DNA of 32,000 bases. Source: Candidatus Baldrarchaeota archaeon (lineage in GTDB: Archaea > Asgardarchaeota > Baldrarchaeia > Baldrarchaeales > DXJG01). Under the pieces are notes generated by a model. That model did not search any database. It was not told the origin of the DNA and saw only the letters and a program-made list of their open reading frames with translations. The translations under genes and the position numbers were made by a program. Below, piece by piece: positions 1 through 8,740 of this stretch (its first letter is position 1; each line of letters opens with the position of its first letter). The stretch spans positions 150,001-182,000 of the forward strand of contig DXJG01000004.1 in NCBI GenBank assembly GCA_019056805.1, written 5' to 3'.

Positions 1-170
1 ATATGTTTATTTTCCCGCATTATATGCTTCTTAAAGATTCTTTTCTTAGATAAAGACTTTAAATAACCTCTTTACTAATTTTACTAGAGAAATAAAATAG
101 TTTAAACAGACATTAAAACATTTTATTAATAAAAATTTCAGAAATGTAAAAAATATTGGAAGGTGCTGGT

Positions 171-704
171 ATGGGTAAGATAGAAATTCCGTTTATAAAG
201 TATTCAGAAAAGACCATGGAAATAATGCAAAATCCAGGTCTTCTATTGGTTTCTGTTGGTAAAAATGGACAACCTAATGTTATGGCGATTGGTTGGGGTC
301 TAATAGGGGTTATTTGGCGTAAACCAGTGTTCATTGTTGCTGTCAGGCCCTCAAGATACACATATAAGTTAATTGAAGAAACTGGCGATTTCACGGTTAA
401 CGTACCATCTAAAGATATGAGTGATGTAGTAGAATATTGTGGTACGGTTTCTGGTAGAGATCATGATAAGTTTAAGGAGAAAAATCTTAAAGCAGTTCCA
501 AGTAAACACGTAAAATCTCCAATAATTGATCAATGTCCAATCAACTATGAATGCAAAGTAATATACAAGACAAAACTAGAACCTGCTAGCATACCAGAAG
601 ATGTAAAATCTCTATTCTACCCAGGGAATGACTATCATACACTTTACTTTGGCGAAATACTAATAGTACATGCAGATGAAGAAATGATAACCAAAAAACT
701 ATAA
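171..704 (+). CDS. Flavin reductase-like FMN-binding protein (DIM6/NTAB, COG1853 family)
   Basis: Motifs PNVMAIGW, VAVRPSRYTY, FTVNVP, CGTVSGRDHDKF and a C-terminal HTLYFGEI. Start moved from TTG 156 to ATG 171, which follows the SD-like GGAAGGTG. Confidence 0.85.
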   Translation: MGKIEIPFIKYSEKTMEIMQNPGLLLVSVGKNGQPNVMAIGWGLIGVIWRKPVFIVAVRPSRYTYKLIEETGDFTVNVPSKDMSDVVEYCGTVSGRDHDKFKEKNLKAVPSKHVKSPIIDQCPINYECKVIYKTKLEPASIPEDVKSLFYPGNDYHTLYFGEILIVHADEEMITKKL

Positions 705-832
705 ACTGAAATCAACATGAAGCTCTTCTAAACTCTTGTAAAATTTCTTTTTATAGCTTTACAATTCTGAATTGTTAAATAATGGTTCCATTTTCATATA
801 AAACCTAAAATACGGTTTAGATCAAAATAATG

Positions 833-860
833 AATAAAAATAGAAAATAAAAGAAAAATA
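833..860 (-). terminator. Putative archaeal oligo-U terminator of the for-moaD transcript
   Basis: Long T-rich tract on the minus strand (TATTTTTCTTTTATTTTCTATTTTTATTC) directly after the moaD stop codon. The local DNA is AT-rich, so this is weak evidence. Confidence 0.35.
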
Positions 861-861
861 T

Positions 862-1092
862 TTATCCTCCACCTATTACAGGCATAACCACAACGTTATC
901 ATTGTTTTTTACCTTTGTTTCTAATGTTGCTGGTTTACCATTTATTAATACTATTATTCTTTCCTCGTCTATTTCATCTATCTCTTTAATATTTAGTAGC
1001 TCCTTTACTTTGATAGGAAACTCTATTTTTATTTCTTTTTCTTTAAATTTAGCTAAATCAGCGATCCACCCTATCAACTTAATTTTTGCCAC
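862..1092 (-). CDS. moaD: MoaD/ThiS-family ubiquitin-like sulfur carrier
   Basis: 76 aa, beta-grasp pattern (IIVLING ... VKNNDNVVVMPVIGGG), C-terminal Gly-Gly. GTG start after a GGTGA SD, 14 bp downstream of the tungsten oxidoreductase gene. Confidence 0.85.
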   Translation of the reverse strand: MAKIKLIGWIADLAKFKEKEIKIEFPIKVKELLNIKEIDEIDEERIIVLINGKPATLETKVKNNDNVVVMPVIGGG

Positions 1093-1106
1093 CGATATTC
1101 ACCGTT

Positions 1107-2936
1107 CTAACTTAACTTAACATATTTCTCTAGTTCCGTAGCTACATAGCTTAAACCAAGTTTTTCGAAGGTTTCCTTGTGAGGTATACCTCTTTCATCC
1201 CATCCTCTACTCTCATAATACCAGGACAAGAGTTTTTGGAAACCGTCAAAGTCCAACTTTTTACCTGCAAACGGTCCTTTTGTTAAGGGCTCTTTGAACC
1301 ATCTGGCCGGTGGTGTATCCATGTTTCTATTCCATTTTCCTTCATACTCTCTTATCCAGAAGGCTCTGATAAGTGCATAGATTCTATCACCAACTGTGTA
1401 TAGATCATTTAATGTAAGTGTTACTCCTGTAGCGGCTTTAAGGAACTTTGCATACCATTCCAATTCAAATCCAAGTTCAATCCATGGAAGTCTACAGGTA
1501 ACAAGGCTTTCAAACATTCCTCCTCGGATCCTCTGGAACTCTATAACCTTATCAACCTTATCTTTGGTATAGGCATCTCTTCCAACCTTTATTTCCCATG
1601 AAATTACCCAAGCATCTTTATGATGTGCCCCTATTGGAGATGTACCAAATGACAGAGCCATACCTGGAGCATAGTGGCAATCGTACGCAGAGATTTCAAG
1701 GCCTTTTATGTGCATTGCCCAGTCTTTTGATTCTTCACCAATCTTTTCTGAAATTCTCTTTACTCCTTCAGCTAACAGGTCTCCGATTCCTTTTCTGAAG
1801 GCTATTTTTTCAACAAGTTCTTTTGCTTTTTCAAAGTCTCCCCATTCAACCTTCTCATCTATTAATCCTTTTTCTGAAGCTTCCATGGTGAAACCTATCA
1901 CACTTCCTAAAGATATTGTATCTATTCCATAGTTGTCAGCCATCCAAATTAATGTGGCTATTTGCTTTAGGTCTGCTAATCCAATATTTGATCCTAGTAA
2001 TCCAACATTTTCATAGTCCATCTCAGCTTGTCGTCCTTCAGTATCCGGGTTCATATTTCCACACTGCATGTTACAGTTGGGACAACCATATCTTGCAACT
2101 TTCAGTTTTTCCATGACATCTCCATTTATTTTATCTGCATATTCAAAGACACCTTCCCTAAAATTATACGTTGGCAATACGCTATTTTCTTGACACCAAA
2201 CATGAACAGCCATAGTTCCTTGTCTTATCCAGAAGTCATAGTTTGGTCTGCCTTTAATATCGTTGTAGGCTTCACGTCCAAGTTTTCTAAGCTCCTCGGG
2301 GTCTGCAAGAGGTATTTCTTTCGTGCCTTTAATTACGATGGCTTTAAGTTTTTTGGAGCCCATCACTGCTCCGATACCAGGTCTTCCTCCCGCTCTTCCT
2401 TCTTGAGATCTTATAACAGCGTAACGTACCAGATTTTCTCCTGCTTGGCCTATAGACAATATGCCTATGTTTTTGCCGTGTTTTTCTTTCAATTTTTTCT
2501 CCGTATCAAAGGTTCCAAGTCCCCATAAGTCTTCTGCAGACAAAATTTCAACTTTCTCGTCTTCCACATAAAGATAAACTGGTTTTTCAGCAGCTCCGTC
2601 AATTACAATGGCGTCGTAGCCTGCTCTTCTTAGATGGTTGGCGGCCATTGAACCAAGGTTTCCATCACCGTATCCTCCTGTTAATGGGCTTTTTGCTGCA
2701 ACTACAAGTTTACCGCTGCTAGGTAAAGGTAGACCTGTTAAGGGACCTGCTGCAACTACGAGCTTATTTTTAGGAGATAATGGATCAACACCAGGTTCTA
2801 ACTCGTCCCATAGAATCTTTATAGCGAAACCTCTTCCACCAATGAAATCTAAGGCAAGTTTCTCATCATATTCCTGTACTGTAACTTTATTTGCAGAAAG
2901 ATCTATTCTTAATATTTTGCCGTTCCATCCCTTCAT
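1107..2936 (-). CDS. for: Tungsten-containing aldehyde:ferredoxin oxidoreductase, FOR (formaldehyde:ferredoxin oxidoreductase) subfamily
   Basis: AOR-family motifs [27 protein letters not shown] and the Fe-S motif CPNCNMQC. The motifs [22 protein letters not shown] and CRLPWIELG match Pyrococcus FOR as I recall it, rather than the AOR GPEYE type. ATG 2936 follows GGATGTGA. Confidence 0.9.
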   Translation of the reverse strand: MKGWNGKILRIDLSANKVTVQEYDEKLALDFIGGRGFAIKILWDELEPGVDPLSPKNKLVVAAGPLTGLPLPSSGKLVVAAKSPLTGGYGDGNLGSMAANHLRRAGYDAIVIDGAAEKPVYLYVEDEKVEILSAEDLWGLGTFDTEKKLKEKHGKNIGILSIGQAGENLVRYAVIRSQEGRAGGRPGIGAVMGSKKLKAIVIKGTKEIPLADPEELRKLGREAYNDIKGRPNYDFWIRQGTMAVHVWCQENSVLPTYNFREGVFEYADKINGDVMEKLKVARYGCPNCNMQCGNMNPDTEGRQAEMDYENVGLLGSNIGLADLKQIATLIWMADNYGIDTISLGSVIGFTMEASEKGLIDEKVEWGDFEKAKELVEKIAFRKGIGDLLAEGVKRISEKIGEESKDWAMHIKGLEISAYDCHYAPGMALSFGTSPIGAHHKDAWVISWEIKVGRDAYTKDKVDKVIEFQRIRGGMFESLVTCRLPWIELGFELEWYAKFLKAATGVTLTLNDLYTVGDRIYALIRAFWIREYEGKWNRNMDTPPARWFKEPLTKGPFAGKKLDFDGFQKLLSWYYESRGWDERGIPHKETFEKLGLSYVATELEKYVKLS

Positions 2937-3095
2937 ATCTATCACATCCAAATACCAATTTTAGTCATATAGCTTTTCAAATTAAACTTTGACTAACTAA
3001 ATCTACTACTTGGAAATCGACGTCACCATAAACTATTGTCAACTTTCCCACTTAACGTAAACTAATTTGGCAATTTAACAGATTTAGATTTGTCG

Positions 3096-3109
3096 ATGAT
3101 ATATATCAT
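3096..3109. promoter_or_regulatory. Perfect 14-bp palindrome ATGATATATATCAT upstream of for
   Basis: Palindrome verified base by base; about 160 bp upstream of the for start. Function is inferred. Confidence 0.35.
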
Positions 3110-3246
3110 ACTAAGCTCGCAATTGCATTTAAAGATTTATCTACCTAAACTCTTGGTAATGCACTTACGTATAAGCAAATTTTAATAGAAAAACTGTTTA
3201 AAATGTTGAATTAATGAAAATGTCCAATTCATAGTAAAACGTACTA

Positions 3247-3789
3247 TTATTCTTTCTTCGATCCGATAGACTTCAATACGAACTCCCATTCACACCATCT
3301 GTCTTCCTCATGTTCATCTGGAGGACAAACAACACATTTCACTTCTATTTCCGGGTTAAATTCTTTGGCAAACTCTTTTAAGTAAGACCACCTAACTTGC
3401 TTACATGGAAATTCACCTAAGCCTTTTCTTATTCTTGCCTTTTGGGTCCGGCAACTAACTACTTTAAACACTGCCTTATCCGATTCAACTTTCCATTCTT
3501 TTGTTTCTTGATATAAGGCCCAACTTGTAGCTCTTAATGCTACCATAAAAGATTCTAAGCTGTTGTCTTTTAGTTCAAGCAGTTCTTTTAAAGCTCTAGC
3601 TTCTAATTTTGCTAAAATGCTCCAACAATTCCTATCTATAGTAGTAGCTGCTTCGGTACCAAATTTCTCCTCTATACCCAAGAAATAGAGACCGTCAACT
3701 CTCCAAATGTTTCTAATTTGCAAAAAAAGCAAATCTACCAGTTTCTCTTTTGGAAGACTTACCAACCAGTTTCTGTCATTGTCGTTCAT
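3247..3789 (-). CDS. DUF6125-family protein (Cys-containing, V4R/ATC-hydrolase-like)
   Basis: Pattern W..VDGLYFLGIEEKFG.EAA, CRTQKAR, FPCK, CVVCPPDEH, WCEWEF. ATG follows a GGTGA SD. Confidence 0.7.
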   Translation of the reverse strand: MNDNDRNWLVSLPKEKLVDLLFLQIRNIWRVDGLYFLGIEEKFGTEAATTIDRNCWSILAKLEARALKELLELKDNSLESFMVALRATSWALYQETKEWKVESDKAVFKVVSCRTQKARIRKGLGEFPCKQVRWSYLKEFAKEFNPEIEVKCVVCPPDEHEEDRWCEWEFVLKSIGSKKE

Positions 3790-3848
3790 TTGAATTCACC
3801 ATCCACTTAATAATCAGTTTCAAAATAAATATTTAACACATCTATTCT

Positions 3849-3876
3849 CGATGTCCATTGTGTTAATAGGACATCG
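3849..3876. promoter_or_regulatory. Inverted repeat CGATGTCC-N12-GGACATCG, candidate operator
   Basis: Perfect 8-bp arms in an AT-rich intergenic region, 60-87 bp upstream of the DUF6125 start. Confidence 0.4.
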
Positions 3877-4015
3877 TATAAAGTTTTTACAACATTTAAG
3901 CAATGTAAAGCTAAATTGAGAAATTACATTTAACTATCTTTATCCAACAATGCAGACACTTACTTCTAGAACGTCAAATAATAAAATTAAAAGAGAAGAG
4001 AGATTTATGAAAATA

Positions 4016-4258
4016 TTAGGTGCAAATTAGAGTCTCAGTATACTCTACCTCGGGGATTTTCCTTATCTTAGAAATCAAAGCACCAATTTCCCTAAAGTCG
4101 TTCACTTTAACCTTCACTATAAGATCCCAAGAACCATGAATAATTCTGACATCATCAACTCCCCGTATCCTTTTCAATCTCTCCGCAACTTCATGTTCCG
4201 CACCGATCGTGGTTACTACGAGTATGTAACCCTCTGTCTCAACAACTATTCTTTCCAT
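4016..4258 (-). CDS. Stand-alone Lrp/AsnC ligand-binding (RAM) domain protein
   Basis: GYILV...G.EHEVAERL..I.GV..V.IIHGSWDLIVKV...KIRKIPEV..TETLI pattern with no HTH. Start moved to ATG 4258 after AGGTGAGG; overlaps the upstream gene by 20 nt. Confidence 0.85.
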   Translation of the reverse strand: MERIVVETEGYILVVTTIGAEHEVAERLKRIRGVDDVRIIHGSWDLIVKVKVNDFREIGALISKIRKIPEVEYTETLICT

Positions 4259-4754
4259 TTCCCTCACCTGAATCATTTCTCAGATTAAAATTAGCATTGA
4301 TTGTTCCGCTGTCACCGTTTAGCAGCCCTTTTGCTATAATTTGACCAATATCGGTCAGACGCACATAGGTGCCTTTACTATTTACATTTCCTGCTATAAT
4401 TAGTCCCATGTTTCTGAATTCGCGGAGATTCCATTTCACGGTAGACTCTGACAATTTTAACTTAGAAGAAAGAATACGACCTATCGAAGTCAATGTTAAC
4501 CTTTTTCCATTATCCACGATCTTTGCTAACTCTTTCAAAAGCACTTTTTGTCTTTCATTTAGTCTGGCAGTAGCAAAAGTAAAAACAGATGCTTCCAATC
4601 TCCTTATCTTCTCAATCAAATAACAAAAAACTTCTTCCACAAATTTATTCTTTAAAATTTCTCTATTATTTCGGTAAAAACTTTCTAAGTCATATGTGAA
4701 AGATTTCACCTCCACCTCGTGTTTCACATCCACTCTCCTTGTAAACAGATTCAC
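4239..4754 (-). CDS. Winged helix-turn-helix protein, putative transcriptional regulator (true start uncertain)
   Basis: LSSKLKLSESTVKWNLREFRNMGLI recognition helix followed by a wing and LTDIG. The track GTG start lies inside an SD motif, so the real start may be GTG 4727 or ATG 4761 via a frameshift. Confidence 0.7.
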   Translation of the reverse strand: MNLFTRRVDVKHEVEVKSFTYDLESFYRNNREILKNKFVEEVFCYLIEKIRRLEASVFTFATARLNERQKVLLKELAKIVDNGKRLTLTSIGRILSSKLKLSESTVKWNLREFRNMGLIIAGNVNSKGTYVRLTDIGQIIAKGLLNGDSGTINANFNLRNDSGEGNGKNSC

Positions 4755-4761
4755 CTCCCAT
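4690..4761 (-). other. 23-codon upstream ORF MGGESVYKESGCETRGGGEIFHI overlapping the wHTH 5' end (leader peptide or frameshifted N-terminus)
   Basis: ATG at 4761 lies 6 nt after a perfect GGAGGTG; stop TGA at 4690-4692; the wHTH ORF is in the +1 frame relative to it. Confidence 0.35.
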
Positions 4762-4924
4762 TTCTTACACCTCCGAGATTTTGTTCCTTTAAAATTTTAC
4801 CCGAACATTTTAAATTTTTTGGTTAAATATACTTACACATTGTACATTAAGCTTTACAAAAGCCATATAAACCTCAATCATGCACAAAATTTTCTTCCTA
4901 ATAAAAATATGAAAAAATAGTAAT

Positions 4925-5839
4925 TTAGATACTTTTGGAGAATACTGCATCATCTGTGTCTTTTCTTTTCAATTTTGATGCAGCTATTTCTCTATATTCA
5001 AATTCAAATCCATTTTTAAGATAAAATAATATTGCAGGAAAATTATTAACATTAGTATCAACTTGAAGTCTAAGAATACCTTTACGCCTTGCATTCTCCT
5101 CCAATTTCTTCAATAAAAGAGTGCCCACATGATGTCCTTGAGCAGAATGAAGTACTGCTAAGAGATATATCCAAGCATTTTTAGGAGCCCATTCCCATGC
5201 AAAAATTCCACCCACAATTCTACCGTTTTTATCTAAAGCTATAAGATTTAATTCTGGATTATCTCTCGAAATTTCCTCAATAAGCTCAGCATCTTCAAAA
5301 GGATCTTCCCCAGGAAACGCATCTCTAGATAATTCCAAAATTTTACCGTAATCTTCGCTTCTATAAGGTCTTATGTGAAACCCTAGTGGCTCAAATACAT
5401 GCTTTGGAATTTTAGGTATATCTGGAGTCCATTTACACATAGAGATGGCATCAATAAGCTTTCCATCGACATTAAGCATAGACTTTCTTAGTCTACCCTC
5501 ATACTCAAAACCAAGTTTAGTGAGAGACATTTGTAAATCAATTCTATTAGCAGGTATAAAAGTCCTAACTTTAGTTGACCCTGTTTCGAAAGCATTATCT
5601 AACAAATATTTTGCTAATTCAACTAAAGTATCCCAGTCTTCAGCATTCATAAAATGAATAAAAGTCTCCTCCTCAAAGCTACAAAGAGCAGAACCCATTA
5701 ACCTTCCATTTTTCTCGACAACAACAATTTTGTTAACCCATTTTGAAAGCCAAGATAGCTCTATGTCCGGCCTATAATTTTTAGCAAAAACTAAAATTTT
5801 GCTTAATTCCTCTTCTTTAGCGATGCGAATCTTTGACAA
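4925..5839 (-). CDS. Tandem two-domain GNAT acetyltransferase
   Basis: N-terminal RimJ-like domain (LGFEYEGRLRK) and C-terminal RimI-like domain (IYLLAV..SAQGHHVG, N.PAILFYLKNGF). TTG start after GGCGGTG. Confidence 0.8.
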   Translation of the reverse strand: MSKIRIAKEEELSKILVFAKNYRPDIELSWLSKWVNKIVVVEKNGRLMGSALCSFEEETFIHFMNAEDWDTLVELAKYLLDNAFETGSTKVRTFIPANRIDLQMSLTKLGFEYEGRLRKSMLNVDGKLIDAISMCKWTPDIPKIPKHVFEPLGFHIRPYRSEDYGKILELSRDAFPGEDPFEDAELIEEISRDNPELNLIALDKNGRIVGGIFAWEWAPKNAWIYLLAVLHSAQGHHVGTLLLKKLEENARRKGILRLQVDTNVNNFPAILFYLKNGFEFEYREIAASKLKRKDTDDAVFSKSI

Positions 5840-6052
5840 CGAAATCGCACCGCCCGAAATGAAGTTCTCTTAAATCCAACAAATTTAAACAAAATAACTT
5901 AGTATTCAACCTTTAATTCACCGATTTCTAGTATTCACCATTTGTAGTATGAAAATACGCTATTGGTAATATTAAAATATCGCTTGGACGAACAAATTAA
6001 AACAAAGTTTTATTGTTTTTCAATAATTAAGTCAAAGATTGGAGGATTTGTT

Positions 6053-7522
6053 GTGTCTGAAATATTTTCAAATGATAGACCGGTTTTAGAACTGCTTTCT
6101 AGAGAAGAAATAGAGACCATACATGTCTCATCACTCAGAATTTTAGAAGATGTAGGTATAATGGTGGACAATAAAAATGCGCTTAAACTTTTTACTGAGC
6201 TAGGTGCCGACATAGACATAAATAAGAAAATTGTCCATGTCCCAGAATATTTGGTGAAAGAAGCTCTAAAGAGAGCTCCTTCTTCAATTAAAATGTATAG
6301 TAGAAATAGAAAATTTGACATGCTTCTAACCAGGAACAAGGTGTATTACAATCCGGGTTCCGCGGCTCTCTATATGCTTGATAGAGAAACTGGAGAGAGA
6401 AGAAAACCTTTATCCAAAGATTTCAGAGAATTTGTAAAACTCGTTGATGCAATGGAGAATATTCATGCTCAAAGTACGGCCATGGTTGTTTCAGATGTAC
6501 CAGAAATAGTTGCAGACAGATATAGACTCTACATAGTATTGAAAAACTCCACAAAAACCATAGTCACCGGAGCATTCACCATAGAAGGAATATACGATAT
6601 GAAAAAAATGCTAGAAGTAGTTGTCGGTGGAGAAAAAGAACTGAGAAAGAAACCACTGGCCATATTTGATGTTTGCCCATCTCCACCATTAAAATGGAGC
6701 GAAATAACATCACAAAACCTAATCGACTGCGCAAAATTTGAAATTCCAGCAGAAATAATACCAATGCCACAAGTTGGAGCCACAGGTCCAGCTACCCTAG
6801 CTGGATCTTTAGTACAATTTAACGCAGAATTCCTCTGTGGACTAGTTATGTCACAAATGACAAAACCAGGCGCACCCATAATTTACGGTGGATCACCGGC
6901 AATCGTAGATATGAGAACTGGAACAGGACGTCTAGCAGCCATAGAAGCTATCATGCTGTGCTGCGCCTATGCCCAAATAGGAAAATACTATAATTTACCA
7001 ACACATGCCTACTTAGGGCTCAGCGACGCAAAAATTATAGATGCACAAGCAGGCATGGAAGCGGCTCTAGGTCTAGTTCTAGGCGCATTAGCTGGCATAA
7101 ACAATATTGCTGGACCAGGAATGCTAAGTTTCGAAAACTGTCAAAGCTTCGAAAAACTTGTAATAGACAACGAAATCTGCGGTTATGCTCTAAGGCTTAT
7201 TAGAGGTATCCAAGTAAATGAAGAAACTTTAGCTTTAGATGTTATAGAAAAGGTTGGTCCGGGAGGACATTTCTTGGCACAAAAACACACGAATAAATGG
7301 TTTAGGATAGAGGAATACATGCCTTCAAACGTTATAGATACACGTAGTGAAAGAGACTGGCTTGAAAGAGGGAGAAAAGACATAGTACAAAGAGCTAAGG
7401 AAAGAGTAGATGAAATTCTTAAAGAGCATGAACCAGAACCTCTACCACCAGATGTAGAAAAAGAGCTAGACAATGTGGCCATGGAGTTCATGAAAAAACA
7501 CGGTGTAACCAAACTACCTTAA
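6053..7522 (+). CDS. mttB: Trimethylamine methyltransferase (MttB) superfamily protein, non-pyrrolysine type
   Basis: IH..SL.ILE.VG, GPATLAGSLVQ.NAE.L.G, PG.PIIYG, D.RTG, SDAK..DAQAG.E, GPGGHFL. No internal TAG; the residue before SDAK is Leu (CTC 7019-7021). GTG 6053 follows GGAGG. Confidence 0.92.
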   Translation: MSEIFSNDRPVLELLSREEIETIHVSSLRILEDVGIMVDNKNALKLFTELGADIDINKKIVHVPEYLVKEALKRAPSSIKMYSRNRKFDMLLTRNKVYYNPGSAALYMLDRETGERRKPLSKDFREFVKLVDAMENIHAQSTAMVVSDVPEIVADRYRLYIVLKNSTKTIVTGAFTIEGIYDMKKMLEVVVGGEKELRKKPLAIFDVCPSPPLKWSEITSQNLIDCAKFEIPAEIIPMPQVGATGPATLAGSLVQFNAEFLCGLVMSQMTKPGAPIIYGGSPAIVDMRTGTGRLAAIEAIMLCCAYAQIGKYYNLPTHAYLGLSDAKIIDAQAGMEAALGLVLGALAGINNIAGPGMLSFENCQSFEKLVIDNEICGYALRLIRGIQVNEETLALDVIEKVGPGGHFLAQKHTNKWFRIEEYMPSNVIDTRSERDWLERGRKDIVQRAKERVDEILKEHEPEPLPPDVEKELDNVAMEFMKKHGVTKLP

Positions 7523-7611
7523 ACCTCAAGTCAAAACTATGTATTTATAAGATTAACTTAATCATTTCGCCTTCTTTTTGCTTTTAATTAAAATAGGAGT
7601 GATTAGAAGTG

Positions 7612-8532
7612 TTAAAATATTTTGTAGAGTGGATGGCTTTTCACTTTTGGTCTAATTCCGTGTCTCATAGCTCTATATGCTATTATTGCATCAGTCATTG
7701 CGCATGCTGGAAAAGCAACCTCCGCGTATTTGATCGGTCCATAAAATATGAAGTCTGCACCTCCCATTTGCACCGTAATTAATGAACCAGCTGCACAAGC
7801 CTTTTTCGCAATTTTCCCATAGTCATTCGCCCTTTTCCACTCTAAAACCGCGTTGAGAGGAGCAGCTCCAGAAGGTAAACCAAAAGTGTTCTTAACTAAT
7901 TTAATAGCTTCCACCGTCAATCCGATGCTTGGTACATCTAAAACACTCACATCTATCAAAGGCTTCCTAATATTTGCCTCCTTCAATGCTCTATCCAAAA
8001 GTCCCTTTTCTTCTCCGTCTCCTTTCAGAAGCTTAATTCTTCCCTCTGGCCAAACATTTCTAGGATTATGTGCCAATATTATTGCTGCTTCTAATCCGCT
8101 TTCCTTAATAACTGTCAATTCCTCTTCTTTAACATAGACAGATATAGAATTATAAACTGTTTTCCCAAGTAGACCTGTCTCAGTTACGTATTTTAAAGCA
8201 GCTATCTTTACCTGCATAGTTGCGCTATCAATGAGAAATGGAGCATCAGTAACGTCGGCTACAAAATCTATGTATTTAATTATGGCCTTCTCGGATAATC
8301 CTACAATATCTGTCATGTGAGGATTTCCTGTAAGGTCAGATAGTTCTTCTTGCTTTTTAATCAATTCTTCAGCTTTCTCTTTATTAAAATCTCCTTTCAT
8401 CGGGTCCTTCACAATTTTATGTCCCTCATAAAATATAGTGCCTATAAGCACCGTTGGTAGTTCCCCGGGTTGTCCGCCGACCTTAACATTACCTATGGCA
8501 AATATTTCTTGATCCTTTCCAAATTTATTCAT
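7612..8532 (-). CDS. mtrH: Stand-alone MtrH/MtgA-family pterin:corrinoid methyltransferase
   Basis: N-terminal KF.KDQEIF.IG.VKVGGQPGELPTVLIGTIFY.GHKIV, PFLIDS, YNSI and GADFIFYGPI. GGAGG SD. No other mtr genes in the window. Confidence 0.92.
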   Translation of the reverse strand: MNKFGKDQEIFAIGNVKVGGQPGELPTVLIGTIFYEGHKIVKDPMKGDFNKEKAEELIKKQEELSDLTGNPHMTDIVGLSEKAIIKYIDFVADVTDAPFLIDSATMQVKIAALKYVTETGLLGKTVYNSISVYVKEEELTVIKESGLEAAIILAHNPRNVWPEGRIKLLKGDGEEKGLLDRALKEANIRKPLIDVSVLDVPSIGLTVEAIKLVKNTFGLPSGAAPLNAVLEWKRANDYGKIAKKACAAGSLITVQMGGADFIFYGPIKYAEVAFPACAMTDAIIAYRAMRHGIRPKVKSHPLYKIF

Positions 8533-8740
8533 AATTTTTCCTCCAAATTCATATCATAAATAATGTTTAAGAAATTGGTGAACTGCGTTATTCCATACAC
8601 TTTTATACATCTCTTTATATGCAAGAAATGATTCATTGAAACTATGTAATATAATAATAGATATAATATCTTAAAATAATGAAAGGTGATGGCACATATT
8701 ATCGTATGGTGTTCTCTAAAGGTCGTGGAGGGAATTGATT

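Noticed and set aside
2977-3051. 24-codon minus-strand ORF (VGKLTIVYGDVDFQVVDLVSQSLI) upstream of for
   Set aside because: Very short, GTG start with no SD, and no recognisable motif.
4257-4263. Slippery heptamer G-GGA-AAT in the wHTH/Lrp overlap that might fuse the two genes by -1 frameshift
   Set aside because: A -1 shift enters the third frame, which stops after a few codons (TGG AAA GAA TAG). The Lrp-domain ORF is in the +1 frame and has its own SD.
6053-7522. Pyrrolysine (amber read-through) in mttB
   Set aside because: The ORF has no in-frame TAG, the Pyl-equivalent codon is CTC (Leu), and no pyl genes or tRNA-Pyl are in the window.
7612-8532. Evidence of methanogenesis from mtrH
   Set aside because: MtrH is alone, without mtrA-G or mcr in the window. 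Stand-alone MtrH/MtgA homologs occur in non-methanogens.
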